The notes under the pieces are model-generated. The model saw nothing but the letters and a program-made list of their open reading frames with translations. It searched no databases and was not told where the DNA came from. The translations under genes and the position numbers were made by a program. DNA of 47,987 nt from a virus: IMG/VR virus record IMGVR_UViG_3300038808_000009, positions 1 to 47,987 of that record; one strand, 5' to 3'. Below are positions 27,383 through 35,399 of this stretch, piece by piece (position 1 is the stretch's first letter; each line of letters opens with the position of its first letter).

Positions 27383-27809
27383 TCGCCTTCTCCCTGTTCG
27401 CGGCCCGGGTGCGAGCCGCCTTCTGCGCCGCCTCGCGCCGCTTCGCCCGGCGCTCGGCCTCCAGGCCGTTCTCGATCAGCGCGGCCGACGAGATCGCCTC
27501 GCCGACGCCGGCCTGCGGGATGGGCTCGCTCCGGGGCGCCTCCGGCGTCCAGCAGCGGAGTTGGCCGTTGAGCATCTGGCGGATGCGCCGGGTCTGCTCG
27601 CGCTCGCCCTGGTGGGGCATGTAGCGGCTGCGACCGTAGCCGCGGTAGCGCATGGTCCGGCGGAACGCGGCCGGTGTCCAAACGCGCCCATTCCTGTCGG
27701 TCGGGGCGTCCGGGCCGCCAGCGATGATCTTGCCGAGCGTGGCGACCGCGCCGGCCGCCAGGGTGCCGGCGGCGACGATGCGGGTCATGATGTTCTTCAT
27801 GCGGGACAT
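27366..27809 (-). CDS. hypothetical protein with N-terminal signal/TM segment and basic C-terminus
   Basis: ORF; N-terminal IVAAGTLAAGAVATLG; no family recognised. Confidence 0.5.
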   Translation of the reverse strand: MSRMKNIMTRIVAAGTLAAGAVATLGKIIAGGPDAPTDRNGRVWTPAAFRRTMRYRGYGRSRYMPHQGEREQTRRIRQMLNGQLRCWTPEAPRSEPIPQAGVGEAISSAALIENGLEAERRAKRREAAQKAARTRAANREKANGTQG

Positions 27810-27849
27810 GCTAACCTCTTGTGGCGGATGCTGAAAAACGATTCGCTAT

Positions 27850-27877
27850 GGGGCGCCGCAGACGGCCGCGACGCCCC
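27850..27877 (-). terminator. possible hairpin downstream of the SSB gene
   Basis: Minus strand: GGGGCGTCG...CGGCGCCCC, with a TTTTT run 11-15 nt further on. Atypical spacing. Confidence 0.3.
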
Positions 27878-27884
27878 GGCTTGG

Positions 27885-28493
27885 TCAGTCGAACAGCGCG
27901 GAGGCGCCGTCGCCGCCCTGGGTCTCCTCCGGGGCGTCGCCGGCCTCGTTCTTGAAGAACTGGTCCGGATCGGCCTCGCGCCCGCCCAGCTTCTCGCCGT
28001 CCTTCACCATCTGGCACATGGACAGGCCGATGGAGACGCCCTTGCCGTTCTCGGCGTTATCCCAAGTGTAGGCGTGGATGACGGCGTAGCCGTAGCAGCC
28101 GGAGTAGAGGTCGGTGCCCTCGATAGCGGGCTTGACCTTCTTATTGTAGAGCTTCGGCTGGAGGTTCGAGGCGGTCCGGATGAACCACATCCCCTCCAGT
28201 TCGGGGTACTGTTCCTCGGTCGTCTTGTTCATCCCCTGCGGGCCGTCGCCGTCGAGGATCGGGTTCTTGATCGTGCCCTTTTTCAGGCTCTCCCGGGCCT
28301 TCTCGCCCCACTCGGCGACGGCCGCCTCGATGATCGCCGCCTTGATCTCGGACAGATCGCCGTCCTTCGGGATGATAAGGTTCGCCTCGAACTTGAGCTT
28401 GGTCGGATCCTTTTTATTGGCCCGGGGCTTGAAGACGTTCATCCGCGAGAAACGGACGAGCGGCGAGCGGAAGTCTGCGGTACGCGAGGTCAT
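27885..28493 (-). CDS. ssDNA-binding protein, T7 gp2.5 / Enc34 DUF2815 type, acidic tail ending ALFD
   Basis: SPLVRFSRMNVFKPRANKK...KFEANLIIPKD is DUF2815-like. Sits in the canonical DUF2800-DUF2815-PolA neighbourhood. Confidence 0.8.
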   Translation of the reverse strand: MTSRTADFRSPLVRFSRMNVFKPRANKKDPTKLKFEANLIIPKDGDLSEIKAAIIEAAVAEWGEKARESLKKGTIKNPILDGDGPQGMNKTTEEQYPELEGMWFIRTASNLQPKLYNKKVKPAIEGTDLYSGCYGYAVIHAYTWDNAENGKGVSIGLSMCQMVKDGEKLGGREADPDQFFKNEAGDAPEETQGGDGASALFD

Positions 28494-28504
28494 CTGGTGT
28501 CCTT

Positions 28505-29842
28505 TCAGTCGTCTACGGCGTCAAAGAACGCGTTAGCGGCAGGTTCGTCTTCAACAGGCGTGAAGAACTTGTTCACGGGCGGCTCGATTGCCGGCCGTGT
28601 CGTCTTTTCGACCGAGACTAGACTTGTCCCGGTACGGGGCACCGTCGACAATCCGTCGATCAGCGACCCATGCTTCCCGAGCGCCTTCCGCACCTGTTTG
28701 GGCGTCCGGAGCTTGGGAGCAATCTGGTAGGCGTCCTCTGCGACGCCGAAAAGCTCGCACGTCGCCCTGGCCTGGGCGGCGGCGTCATCGTCGGTCCACT
28801 TCTCCCGGCCGTGGCGCTCGACAAGCTGGTAGCCCGGGATCTCGACGCCGCTCTCGGCCTCCCGCTGTGCCCAGGCGCGGCAGGCGTTGAGCCAGTTCTG
28901 GACCATGTCGGCGTTGTCCAGGACCCGGGCCAACTGTGCGGGGGACAGTTTGTCCGGGCGCAGTTCCGTCTTGAGCACGGCGACGCCGGTCTCCTCGTCC
29001 CGGAAGAACGCCTGCGCCTCCCGCTCGGACTTCTCGGCGAGCGCCGGGCAGAAGCCGGCGGCCGGGCAGAACTGGCAGTGATCGCCGGCCGACAGATAGG
29101 CGGCAACCCAATCCTGGAGGTCCCCGGGATCGCCGGCCGTGGCGCCGCCCTTGTAGTCGATCTCGGCATGGTGGGCACGCTTCCACGCTTCCTTGAGGTC
29201 GGCAGTCCAATCCAGGAGGTCCAGGTAGGAGATCGTCTCGGACCGGATCCGGCCGTCCGGGTGCTCCATCCGCGGCTGGACAATCGTGACCTTGACGTTC
29301 GTGATCGCCTTGCCGGCGAGCGTCAGGACCGAGCCCACTCCGTAGGTCCGTGCTTGCTTGTTCGCCTTCGCCTCGACCCGCACGCCCCGGCCGCCCTTAA
29401 GGTCGACGACCTCGACAAGCTCGTCCACCGGGAAGTACAGAACGGCGTCGGACGTGCCGCCGGCCTCGAACGGCGGCGACAGGCTGGCGAGCGAGAAGTT
29501 CTGTTCCAGCAGACACCCGCCGCCCTGCTCGCAGGCGATAGCAGTCCGCTCGTTCACGTAGTCGATATAGACCTGGGCGGTCTCGGCCAGTTCCTCGTCG
29601 ACCTCGATCTGGTGGGCCTTCGTCTTGACGATACGGCCGATGTACTCGACCGCATCCTGATTGCCCCGGAGACACATCTCCGAGACCTCGTGACAGGCGG
29701 TGCCCCAGGCCGCCGCCTCGCTCTCAACGTCGGCCGCGCCGTGGCGGCCGACGAGCGTCATGGAACCCGGGCACCCCCAGAGGCGTGCCGACGCGCTGGC
29801 GGACCATTTCGCGTGCCCGCGTGAGGAGTGCCCGGCGCCCAT
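28505..29842 (-). CDS. PD-(D/E)XK-type nuclease, DUF2800 family
   Basis: N-terminus GHAKWSASASARLWGCPGS is the DUF2800 hallmark. C-terminus ...NAFFDAVDD. Confidence 0.8.
   Translation of the reverse strand: MGAGHSSRGHAKWSASASARLWGCPGSMTLVGRHGAADVESEAAAWGTACHEVSEMCLRGNQDAVEYIGRIVKTKAHQIEVDEELAETAQVYIDYVNERTAIACEQGGGCLLEQNFSLASLSPPFEAGGTSDAVLYFPVDELVEVVDLKGGRGVRVEAKANKQARTYGVGSVLTLAGKAITNVKVTIVQPRMEHPDGRIRSETISYLDLLDWTADLKEAWKRAHHAEIDYKGGATAGDPGDLQDWVAAYLSAGDHCQFCPAAGFCPALAEKSEREAQAFFRDEETGVAVLKTELRPDKLSPAQLARVLDNADMVQNWLNACRAWAQREAESGVEIPGYQLVERHGREKWTDDDAAAQARATCELFGVAEDAYQIAPKLRTPKQVRKALGKHGSLIDGLSTVPRTGTSLVSVEKTTRPAIEPPVNKFFTPVEDEPAANAFFDAVDD
28943..28955. repeat. perfect GGACA-N3-TGTCC palindrome (GGACAGTTTGTCC)
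   Basis: Read directly; minus-strand codons P-D-K-L-S. Confidence 0.9.
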
Positions 29843-30324
29843 CAGACGGTCTCGCGCTCGAACGGGTTCTGCTCGATAGCCGCCTTCATGGCGTTGTAGG
29901 CGACCTCCAGCTTGTCGGCCGGGACGACCTTGAACGAGGCGAAGCCGATGATCTTCGGACCGTCCTCCAGGGCCGCCGGCATCCCGTAGAGCTTGGCGTA
30001 CTCGCCGCCGACCGCGCGCAGGGTGTCGACCGTGATGGCCGTGGTCTCGGCCGCCTTGCTTTCCTTGGCCTCGTCCGCCTTGTCGGCGGCCTTGGTCTCG
30101 GCGGTCTCGGGCTTGGCGGCCGTCGAGGCGTCCGCGGCCTTGGCGGCGGCCTTGGCCTTGGCGGTCGTCTTGGCGGGCTCGGCCTTCGGCGTCTCGGGCT
30201 CGGCCGGCGCGGCGGCCGGCAGGGTCACGACCCCGATCGTGCCGAGCAGGGCCGCGGACAGGGCCCGCAGATCGGCCAGGGTGGTGGCGGCGTCGTCGCC
30301 GAAGATCTCGATCTTGATGCTCAT
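29842..30324 (-). CDS. hypothetical protein with central Ala/Lys/Pro-rich low-complexity linker
   Basis: ORF with ATGA junctions on both sides. Contains AKTTAKAKAAAKAADAS..., a histone H1-like composition. Confidence 0.55.
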   Translation of the reverse strand: MSIKIEIFGDDAATTLADLRALSAALLGTIGVVTLPAAAPAEPETPKAEPAKTTAKAKAAAKAADASTAAKPETAETKAADKADEAKESKAAETTAITVDTLRAVGGEYAKLYGMPAALEDGPKIIGFASFKVVPADKLEVAYNAMKAAIEQNPFERETV

Positions 30325-31616
30325 TGTAAAACCTCAGCTATGGATGCGACTTTGCGCGTTAACACCGCAGTAACAGCCTCGTCTATCGAGCCCGCCAGAG
30401 CGGCTACTCTCACTAACACCCGGCCAGTCTGACCGAAGTTAGTGACCCGGAGCGCGGCCTGTTTCATATCCTTCGGAGTAAACGAACTCTCGACGAAGAT
30501 CAGGTCGCGGGAAAGGCTTAGGTCGATCGCCTCGCCGGCCGCGAGCATCTGCCCGAGGAAGACTTGGCTTCGATTAGTCTGGAAAGTCTCGACGGCTATA
30601 CCACGCTTTGCGGCGGGTGTGCGGCCGTCGAGGATGACCGGGTTGTACTTGTGCAGCAACTTCGCGAGCGTGTCTATCGCTTCGGTGTGCCAACACATCA
30701 GGACGACCCGGTCCATCTTGCCGTCTTCGATCTCCTCTTTCACGACGTCGGCGACGGCGTGGGCCTTGGCTACGGCGGTCACGCGGCGCAGCGTGCCCAG
30801 GTGGTGTTCGAGCGCGGCCGTGTCGCCGGTCTCGACGGCGTCCAGGATCTCGTCGGCCTCCGGGAGATGCGCGAGCGCGTCGCGGAGGGCCTTCGCCGCC
30901 ATGGCGCTCGGATCGAGGGCCAGGACGGAGTAGATGGGCTCGGTAATCCCGACGTCTTGCTGCGTCCTACGAAGCCACAAACCGTCGAGCCGCTGCTTTA
31001 GTTCCTGCTCGTTCTTACCGCGCAAGACGATTTTCTTCATCTCGCCCGCGACCCACTTACGCTTATAGACAGCGTACCGCTCGAAATACTGATCGTAGGT
31101 CATATCCGCGACGACGTGCGGCGCGAATGCTTTCAGCATGGCGTACAGATCTACCGGACTATTCGGCATAGGCGTGCCGGATAGAAGGAACTGCTGCTGC
31201 GCCGACATGCCGATCTGAATGGCCGCGACCGTCCTCTGCGCCGTGATCGACTTCCCGTAGTGGAACTCGTCGAGGATGCAGAGTTCGGCGCCCCAGGCGA
31301 TCAGGTGTTGCTTCTGGCACGGGTCGATAATCGTGCTCCAGGCGACGACCGCAACGTCCGTGTCCGGAGCGATACGGTCCTTCGACGAGAACAAGACCTG
31401 GACCTTCCGCGGGAACGCCTGCCACTCCCGGAAGTCTCGTCCGAAGTTGGCCCGGTTCGAGGCGGTCGTGACGACGAGGATCTTCCGGTAGAGGCAGAGG
31501 TCCGCCCCGATGATCGAGGCGCCTGTTTTTCCGACCCTTGGCTGATCTGCAAGTATAAGACCGCCCTTCGCAAGCCAAAGCCCGCCCTCTACTTGATGCG
31601 GCTTAGGTGTAATCAT
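30321..31616 (-). CDS. SNF2/DEAD-like helicase
   Basis: LADQPRVGKTG (Walker A), ILDEFHYGKS (DExH), C-terminal helicase lobe ...VFLGQMLAAGEAIDLS. Confidence 0.85.
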   Translation of the reverse strand: MITPKPHQVEGGLWLAKGGLILADQPRVGKTGASIIGADLCLYRKILVVTTASNRANFGRDFREWQAFPRKVQVLFSSKDRIAPDTDVAVVAWSTIIDPCQKQHLIAWGAELCILDEFHYGKSITAQRTVAAIQIGMSAQQQFLLSGTPMPNSPVDLYAMLKAFAPHVVADMTYDQYFERYAVYKRKWVAGEMKKIVLRGKNEQELKQRLDGLWLRRTQQDVGITEPIYSVLALDPSAMAAKALRDALAHLPEADEILDAVETGDTAALEHHLGTLRRVTAVAKAHAVADVVKEEIEDGKMDRVVLMCWHTEAIDTLAKLLHKYNPVILDGRTPAAKRGIAVETFQTNRSQVFLGQMLAAGEAIDLSLSRDLIFVESSFTPKDMKQAALRVTNFGQTGRVLVRVAALAGSIDEAVTAVLTRKVASIAEVLQ

Positions 31617-32119
31617 CGGCCGACCCCGCGAACTACTTCAAGTCCGCTCGGTTTGGTCCAGTTCCGTCCGTTCAATACATTCCAGATCGCGCGCTGCGAC
31701 ACGCCGTACAGGTCGGCGATATCGCGTTGCTTGGTGACGCCCGGCACGTAGCCGGCTCGGATCGCAACAGCCGCCTCGTCCGAGAGCTTGGCTTGGGTCT
31801 GAGCGGTGCCGCGGCGACGTTGAACGGTCGCCCGCGAGCGCGCCCACATGTCGTCCACGTTCTCCTGCGTCGACCCCGCCGCGAGATGCGAGGGCTCGAC
31901 GCAGGCCGGGGTGTCGCAGCGGTGCCGCACGTCCTGATCGTCGGCGACCGACACGCCGGAGGCGCGCAGCGCGAACCTATGCGCTTTCTCCAGGCGCTCG
32001 CCGTTCCAGAACACGCCATAGCCGTGCTCGTTGCAGCCGCCGAACCAGAGCTTGCACCCCGAGTTGGGCTCGGGAATGCACTTCGCCTCGAAACGGGCAA
32101 TGCGGTCCGCGGAGATCAT
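31613..32119 (-). CDS. HNH endonuclease with C-terminal HTH (free-standing, homing-type)
   Basis: GYGVFWNGERLEKAHRFA...HRCDTPACVEPSHLAAGSTQENVDDM, then QRDIADLYGVSQRAIWNVL. Confidence 0.8.
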   Translation of the reverse strand: MISADRIARFEAKCIPEPNSGCKLWFGGCNEHGYGVFWNGERLEKAHRFALRASGVSVADDQDVRHRCDTPACVEPSHLAAGSTQENVDDMWARSRATVQRRRGTAQTQAKLSDEAAVAIRAGYVPGVTKQRDIADLYGVSQRAIWNVLNGRNWTKPSGLEVVRGVGR

Positions 32120-33033
32120 CAGCGGCGCGTGAGGACGAGCGAGCCGACGACGAGGCCCAGGCCGGCGAGCAGCGAACCGAGCAGGGCCGGCGCGAGGCGG
32201 GCCTTGAGCGACTTACCCCCTGCGGGCACGAGTAGGACTGTCGGCATACCGTCCTCGACGAACACTGAGACCAGATCGACCTTTATGACCTGTTCCGAAT
32301 ACGGCCCATCCGGGAGGGCGTCAAGACGTTTTGTCCGCTCCTCCAGATCGAGCCGCCGCGCCTCGTCCGTCCGGCGGGCGATCCCCGCCAGGGCGTCGAT
32401 ATCCTCCGGGGAGAACAGCGGCTCCGGTCCGGGGGACTTATCCTTGTCCCGGGCGACCCGATCCTCCGCGACGGCCCGCCGGCAAGCCGCCTCGATCAGC
32501 CGGAGGACGGGCCCGCGCTGCGCCTCCGTCAGGCCGCAAAGCGCCGGGCTGTTCGGATCGACCCGGCGAGCGCCGGACTGGAGCTTCACGTCCGAGCAGC
32601 CCTGCATCTCCCAGGGCAGAGCGCGGCTGTCGACGCCGTAGCCGGCCGCCAGGATCGCTGCGCCTTCCTCCGCGAGTTCCGACCGCTCGGCGCGCGAGAG
32701 CGTCCTGCGGGCCCATTCTCCGGCAGGCTCGCGCATCATGTCGGCCACGGCCGTGTAGATATCGCCGGTCTGGTGCTCGGCCTCGATCCGCGTCGCGTCG
32801 ATCTCGTCGTGGGCGGCGCGAACGCCCGCCAGCATCGCCTTCCTGCCGGCCTCCGTTCCTTCCCGAAGCTCCCGCATGACCCGGAAGCCTTCGGCCTGTA
32901 TCTCGTCGATAGCGGCAGGGACGGACAAAGTGTCCGGCGGGCAGTGGCACGTCTCGCCGGTCTGCATCCCGCAGTCGCAGGGGCGCGGGGCCTCAGTCGA
33001 AAAGGCCGGGTCGGTCTCGTTCTTCGTCGTCAT
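32119..33033 (-). CDS. hypothetical protein with C-terminal membrane anchor
   Basis: ORF trimmed to ATG 33033, which has GAGGAG 10 nt upstream. C-terminus APALLGSLLAGLGLVVGSLVL. Overlaps the RuvC tail-coding region by 41 nt. Confidence 0.55.
   Translation of the reverse strand: MTTKNETDPAFSTEAPRPCDCGMQTGETCHCPPDTLSVPAAIDEIQAEGFRVMRELREGTEAGRKAMLAGVRAAHDEIDATRIEAEHQTGDIYTAVADMMREPAGEWARRTLSRAERSELAEEGAAILAAGYGVDSRALPWEMQGCSDVKLQSGARRVDPNSPALCGLTEAQRGPVLRLIEAACRRAVAEDRVARDKDKSPGPEPLFSPEDIDALAGIARRTDEARRLDLEERTKRLDALPDGPYSEQVIKVDLVSVFVEDGMPTVLLVPAGGKSLKARLAPALLGSLLAGLGLVVGSLVLTRR
32923..32935. repeat. perfect GGACA-N3-TGTCC palindrome (GGACAAAGTGTCC)
   Basis: Read directly; minus-strand codons P-D-T-L-S. 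Confidence 0.9.
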
Positions 33034-33502
33034 GGCGGTCTCGCTCCTCAAGTCTGCCGTATTCGGCGATCAGCGCGGCTTCCGAGAAGTCGGGGCGGCG
33101 CTTCCTGAACTCTGCGGCCAGGGCGGGGAACCGCCGCATAGCCTCGATCCTGGCGTCATCCTTGCCGCCCTTGATCCGCAGAGCTTTCTTCCACCTAGTC
33201 GGCGGCACCCGCAGGAGCCGCACGCCCAGGCCCATCAGCAGGTATTCCGGCGCGCCGGCCGCCCTGCCGAAGTTGAAGGCGGACGAGGCCGATTGGCCCT
33301 CGATCCCGCCGACCTGTTCGAGGTAGGCCACGTCCGGCCGTAGCTCCCGCAGGAGCGCCAACAGGGCCCACCCGTCGATCTCGTCCTTATCGGACCGCCC
33401 GCGGCGGACGGACAGGCTCGGCATGTCGTGGATCGAGCAGGCGTGCCCCTCCACGAGCGCGAGCGCGCCGGCCGCCCCCGGGTCGATCCCGAGCACCCTC
33501 AC
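32993..33502 (-). CDS. ruvC: RuvC-like Holliday junction resolvase ending in GLFD
   Basis: VRVLGIDPG (first catalytic Asp), AYLEQVGG, DFSEAALIAEYG. The GTG 33502 overlaps the upstream TGA (GTGA). Confidence 0.78.
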   Translation of the reverse strand: MRVLGIDPGAAGALALVEGHACSIHDMPSLSVRRGRSDKDEIDGWALLALLRELRPDVAYLEQVGGIEGQSASSAFNFGRAAGAPEYLLMGLGVRLLRVPPTRWKKALRIKGGKDDARIEAMRRFPALAAEFRKRRPDFSEAALIAEYGRLEERDRHDDEERDRPGLFD

Positions 33503-33723
33503 CGGACGATGAACGGCGTGACCGAGATGGGCCCGCCGTTGTCCAGTTCGAGCACCCCGAGCAGGATGGGGAACCACGACCCGGGGATGGCGCCTCTACG
33601 GAACCATTTCGACGCCGTGTCCAGCAGCGGCGGCTCGAACCCGTAGGCGGCGATCAGGTGGCACATCTCGGCATGGCCGCCGAAGTAGGCGCCCAGGAAC
33701 TTCACGTCGTCGAACTTTGCCAT
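33499..33723 (-). CDS. Cro/YdaS-like small DNA-binding protein (putative)
   Basis: 74 aa, first gene of the leftward operon. ...ASKWFRRGAIPGSWFPILL resembles YdaS/Cro-type HTH proteins. GGAGG RBS. Confidence 0.4.
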   Translation of the reverse strand: MAKFDDVKFLGAYFGGHAEMCHLIAAYGFEPPLLDTASKWFRRGAIPGSWFPILLGVLELDNGGPISVTPFIVR

Positions 33724-33742
33724 AGCGGCCTCCGTCTCGGCC

Positions 33743-33815
33743 TACATGCCGGACAAAACGTCCGGCGTCAATCGGTTCCCCGGGGCTTGCGCGGAACTTT
33801 TGTCCGGGCTATGCC
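33743..33815. promoter_or_regulatory. divergent promoter pair with an operator-like site filling each 17-bp spacer
   Basis: Leftward: TTGACG (33771..33766), 17 nt, CATGTA (33748..33743), with GGACAAAACGTCC at 33751..33763. Rightward: TTGCGC (33787..33792), 17 nt, TATGCC (33810..33815), with GGAACTTTTGTCC at 33793..33805. Confidence 0.55.
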
Positions 33816-33847
33816 TTGTTAGTTCGCATCGTGACGAGGAAAACGCC

Positions 33848-34093
33848 ATGACCCAGATCGACACCGAAGCCTTCACCGAAGATGCGCAGTTCGCGCTCTC
33901 CCGGTTCCGCCAGACGCTCACGCACCTGGAGAACGTCCTGGAGGCGGTCAGCCACGTCCTGCCGACCAACCGGAAGGCCGGGCTCAACATGCTCGACGAC
34001 ACGATCAACTACGCCCGGCAGATCCACGCCCAGATGGCGGCGATCCGCTCGGCCGAGACCCTTGTCCAGCAGCGGAAGGACGCCGGCCTGTGA
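33848..34093 (+). CDS. small helical hypothetical protein upstream of the integrase
   Basis: ATG 33848 preceded by GAGGAAAA; overlaps the int start (GTGA). Confidence 0.5.
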   Translation: MTQIDTEAFTEDAQFALSRFRQTLTHLENVLEAVSHVLPTNRKAGLNMLDDTINYARQIHAQMAAIRSAETLVQQRKDAGL

Positions 34094-35121
34094 GCACCCC
34101 CTTCATCAAGCGCGACGCCGGCTCCGGCCGCTGGCACATCTTCTGGCAGGAGGGCGGCAAGACCCGCAAGCGGTCGACCGGCACCGTCGACCGGCGCGAG
34201 GCCGAGAAGGCGCTCGGGCGCTTCCTGCTCGACGACCGGCCGGCGGCCGAGAAGGGCGAGGCGAGCAAGCCGGCCGCCACGGTCGCCCAGATCTGGCCCG
34301 CCTACGCCCTGTCGCTCCGCGGGACGCCGACCCACGTCCGGCTGCAATCGGTATGGGCCCGCCTGGAGCCCGCGTTCGGCGAGACGCCTGTCGTTAGTCT
34401 CGCGCAGGACGATCTCGACGGCTACGTGGCCGCCCGGACCCGGCACGGCGCCGGCCTGGGGACCGCGCGCCTCGAACTGGTGAAGCTCCAGGCGGCGATC
34501 AATCGCGCCGTCCTCGACCGGGTGCTCGACAAGGCCGACCGGCCGCGCCTCGTCATCCCGAGCGCCCCGGAGCCGCACGACCGTTGGCTGTCCCGGGAGG
34601 AAGCCGGCCGGCTCCTGGCGGCCTGCGCGCAGCAGCGGGAGGCGGACGGCCGCATGTCGAGGTCCGAGCGGTTCGTCTGGATCGCGCTCGGGACCGGCGC
34701 CCGGCGGCGCGCTATCGAGACCTTGACCTGGGATCAGGTCGATTTCGAGACAGGCGTGATCCACTTCAAGCCGGACGGGATCGCCCAAACCACGAAGCGC
34801 CGGCCGAGCGTGCCCATTTCCAAGGCCCTGCGCGAGACCCTGGAGGTCGCCTACGCGCAGCGGGGCGCCGGCAACGCCTACGTCCTCGACGGCACCCGGG
34901 AGGTCTACAGCAAGGTCGTCCGGGCCGCCTCCCTGGCCGGCGTGCGGGACGTGACGCCCCACGTCCTGCGCCACACCGCGGCGACCTGGATGGCGCGCAA
35001 GGGCGTGCCGATCTGGAGGATCGCCGGGATCCTGGGCAACACGGTCGCCGTGACCGAGGCCGTCTACGCGAAACACTGCCCGGACGATCAGCGGGCGGCC
35101 GTCGAAACCCTGTTCTCGTGA
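34090..35121 (+). CDS. int: tyrosine integrase
   Basis: C-terminal catalytic box HVLRHTAATWMARKGVPIWRIAGILGNTVAVTEAVYAKH, upstream ...ALGTGARRRAIETLTW (Arg I). Confidence 0.9.
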   Translation: MSTPFIKRDAGSGRWHIFWQEGGKTRKRSTGTVDRREAEKALGRFLLDDRPAAEKGEASKPAATVAQIWPAYALSLRGTPTHVRLQSVWARLEPAFGETPVVSLAQDDLDGYVAARTRHGAGLGTARLELVKLQAAINRAVLDRVLDKADRPRLVIPSAPEPHDRWLSREEAGRLLAACAQQREADGRMSRSERFVWIALGTGARRRAIETLTWDQVDFETGVIHFKPDGIAQTTKRRPSVPISKALRETLEVAYAQRGAGNAYVLDGTREVYSKVVRAASLAGVRDVTPHVLRHTAATWMARKGVPIWRIAGILGNTVAVTEAVYAKHCPDDQRAAVETLFS

Positions 35122-35129
35122 GGTCCGCC

Positions 35130-35399
35130 ATGCAAGTCGATTGGATACCGCGCTCGCGACACTACAGTCAGCGGGTCCACGCTTATATCGACCATCCGCC
35201 TTACGCCACGTTCAAGTCCAGTATAGGGCGGCTGCGCGTGACCTGGATGTATGAGCGATGGTTCAAGGTCCAGGTTAACTGGCGAGACGAATACTGGCCG
35301 CGTGGCTTCCTCGTCGACGCCTACGAACTCTCCCAGATCCTCCACTACTGCGGCGCGGTGCAGAACCCGCGCCGCAGGAAGCCCGAGACTACGCCATAG
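35130..35399 (+). CDS. hypothetical protein (89 aa), lower GC
   Basis: ATG 35130 within ORF 34584..35399. Trp/Tyr-rich; no family recognised. Confidence 0.45.
   Translation: MQVDWIPRSRHYSQRVHAYIDHPPYATFKSSIGRLRVTWMYERWFKVQVNWRDEYWPRGFLVDAYELSQILHYCGAVQNPRRRKPETTP

Noticed and set aside
26850-28730. 626-aa plus-strand ORF across the GapR/SSB region
   Set aside because: It is antisense to five compact, motif-bearing minus-strand genes. Low-complexity Arg/Ala/Gly/Leu translation.
33724-33847. attP core or tRNA fragment next to the integrase operon
   Set aside because: No tRNA-like T-arm/acceptor sequence or extended direct repeat was found there or in the other intergenic regions. The region is better explained as a divergent promoter/operator.
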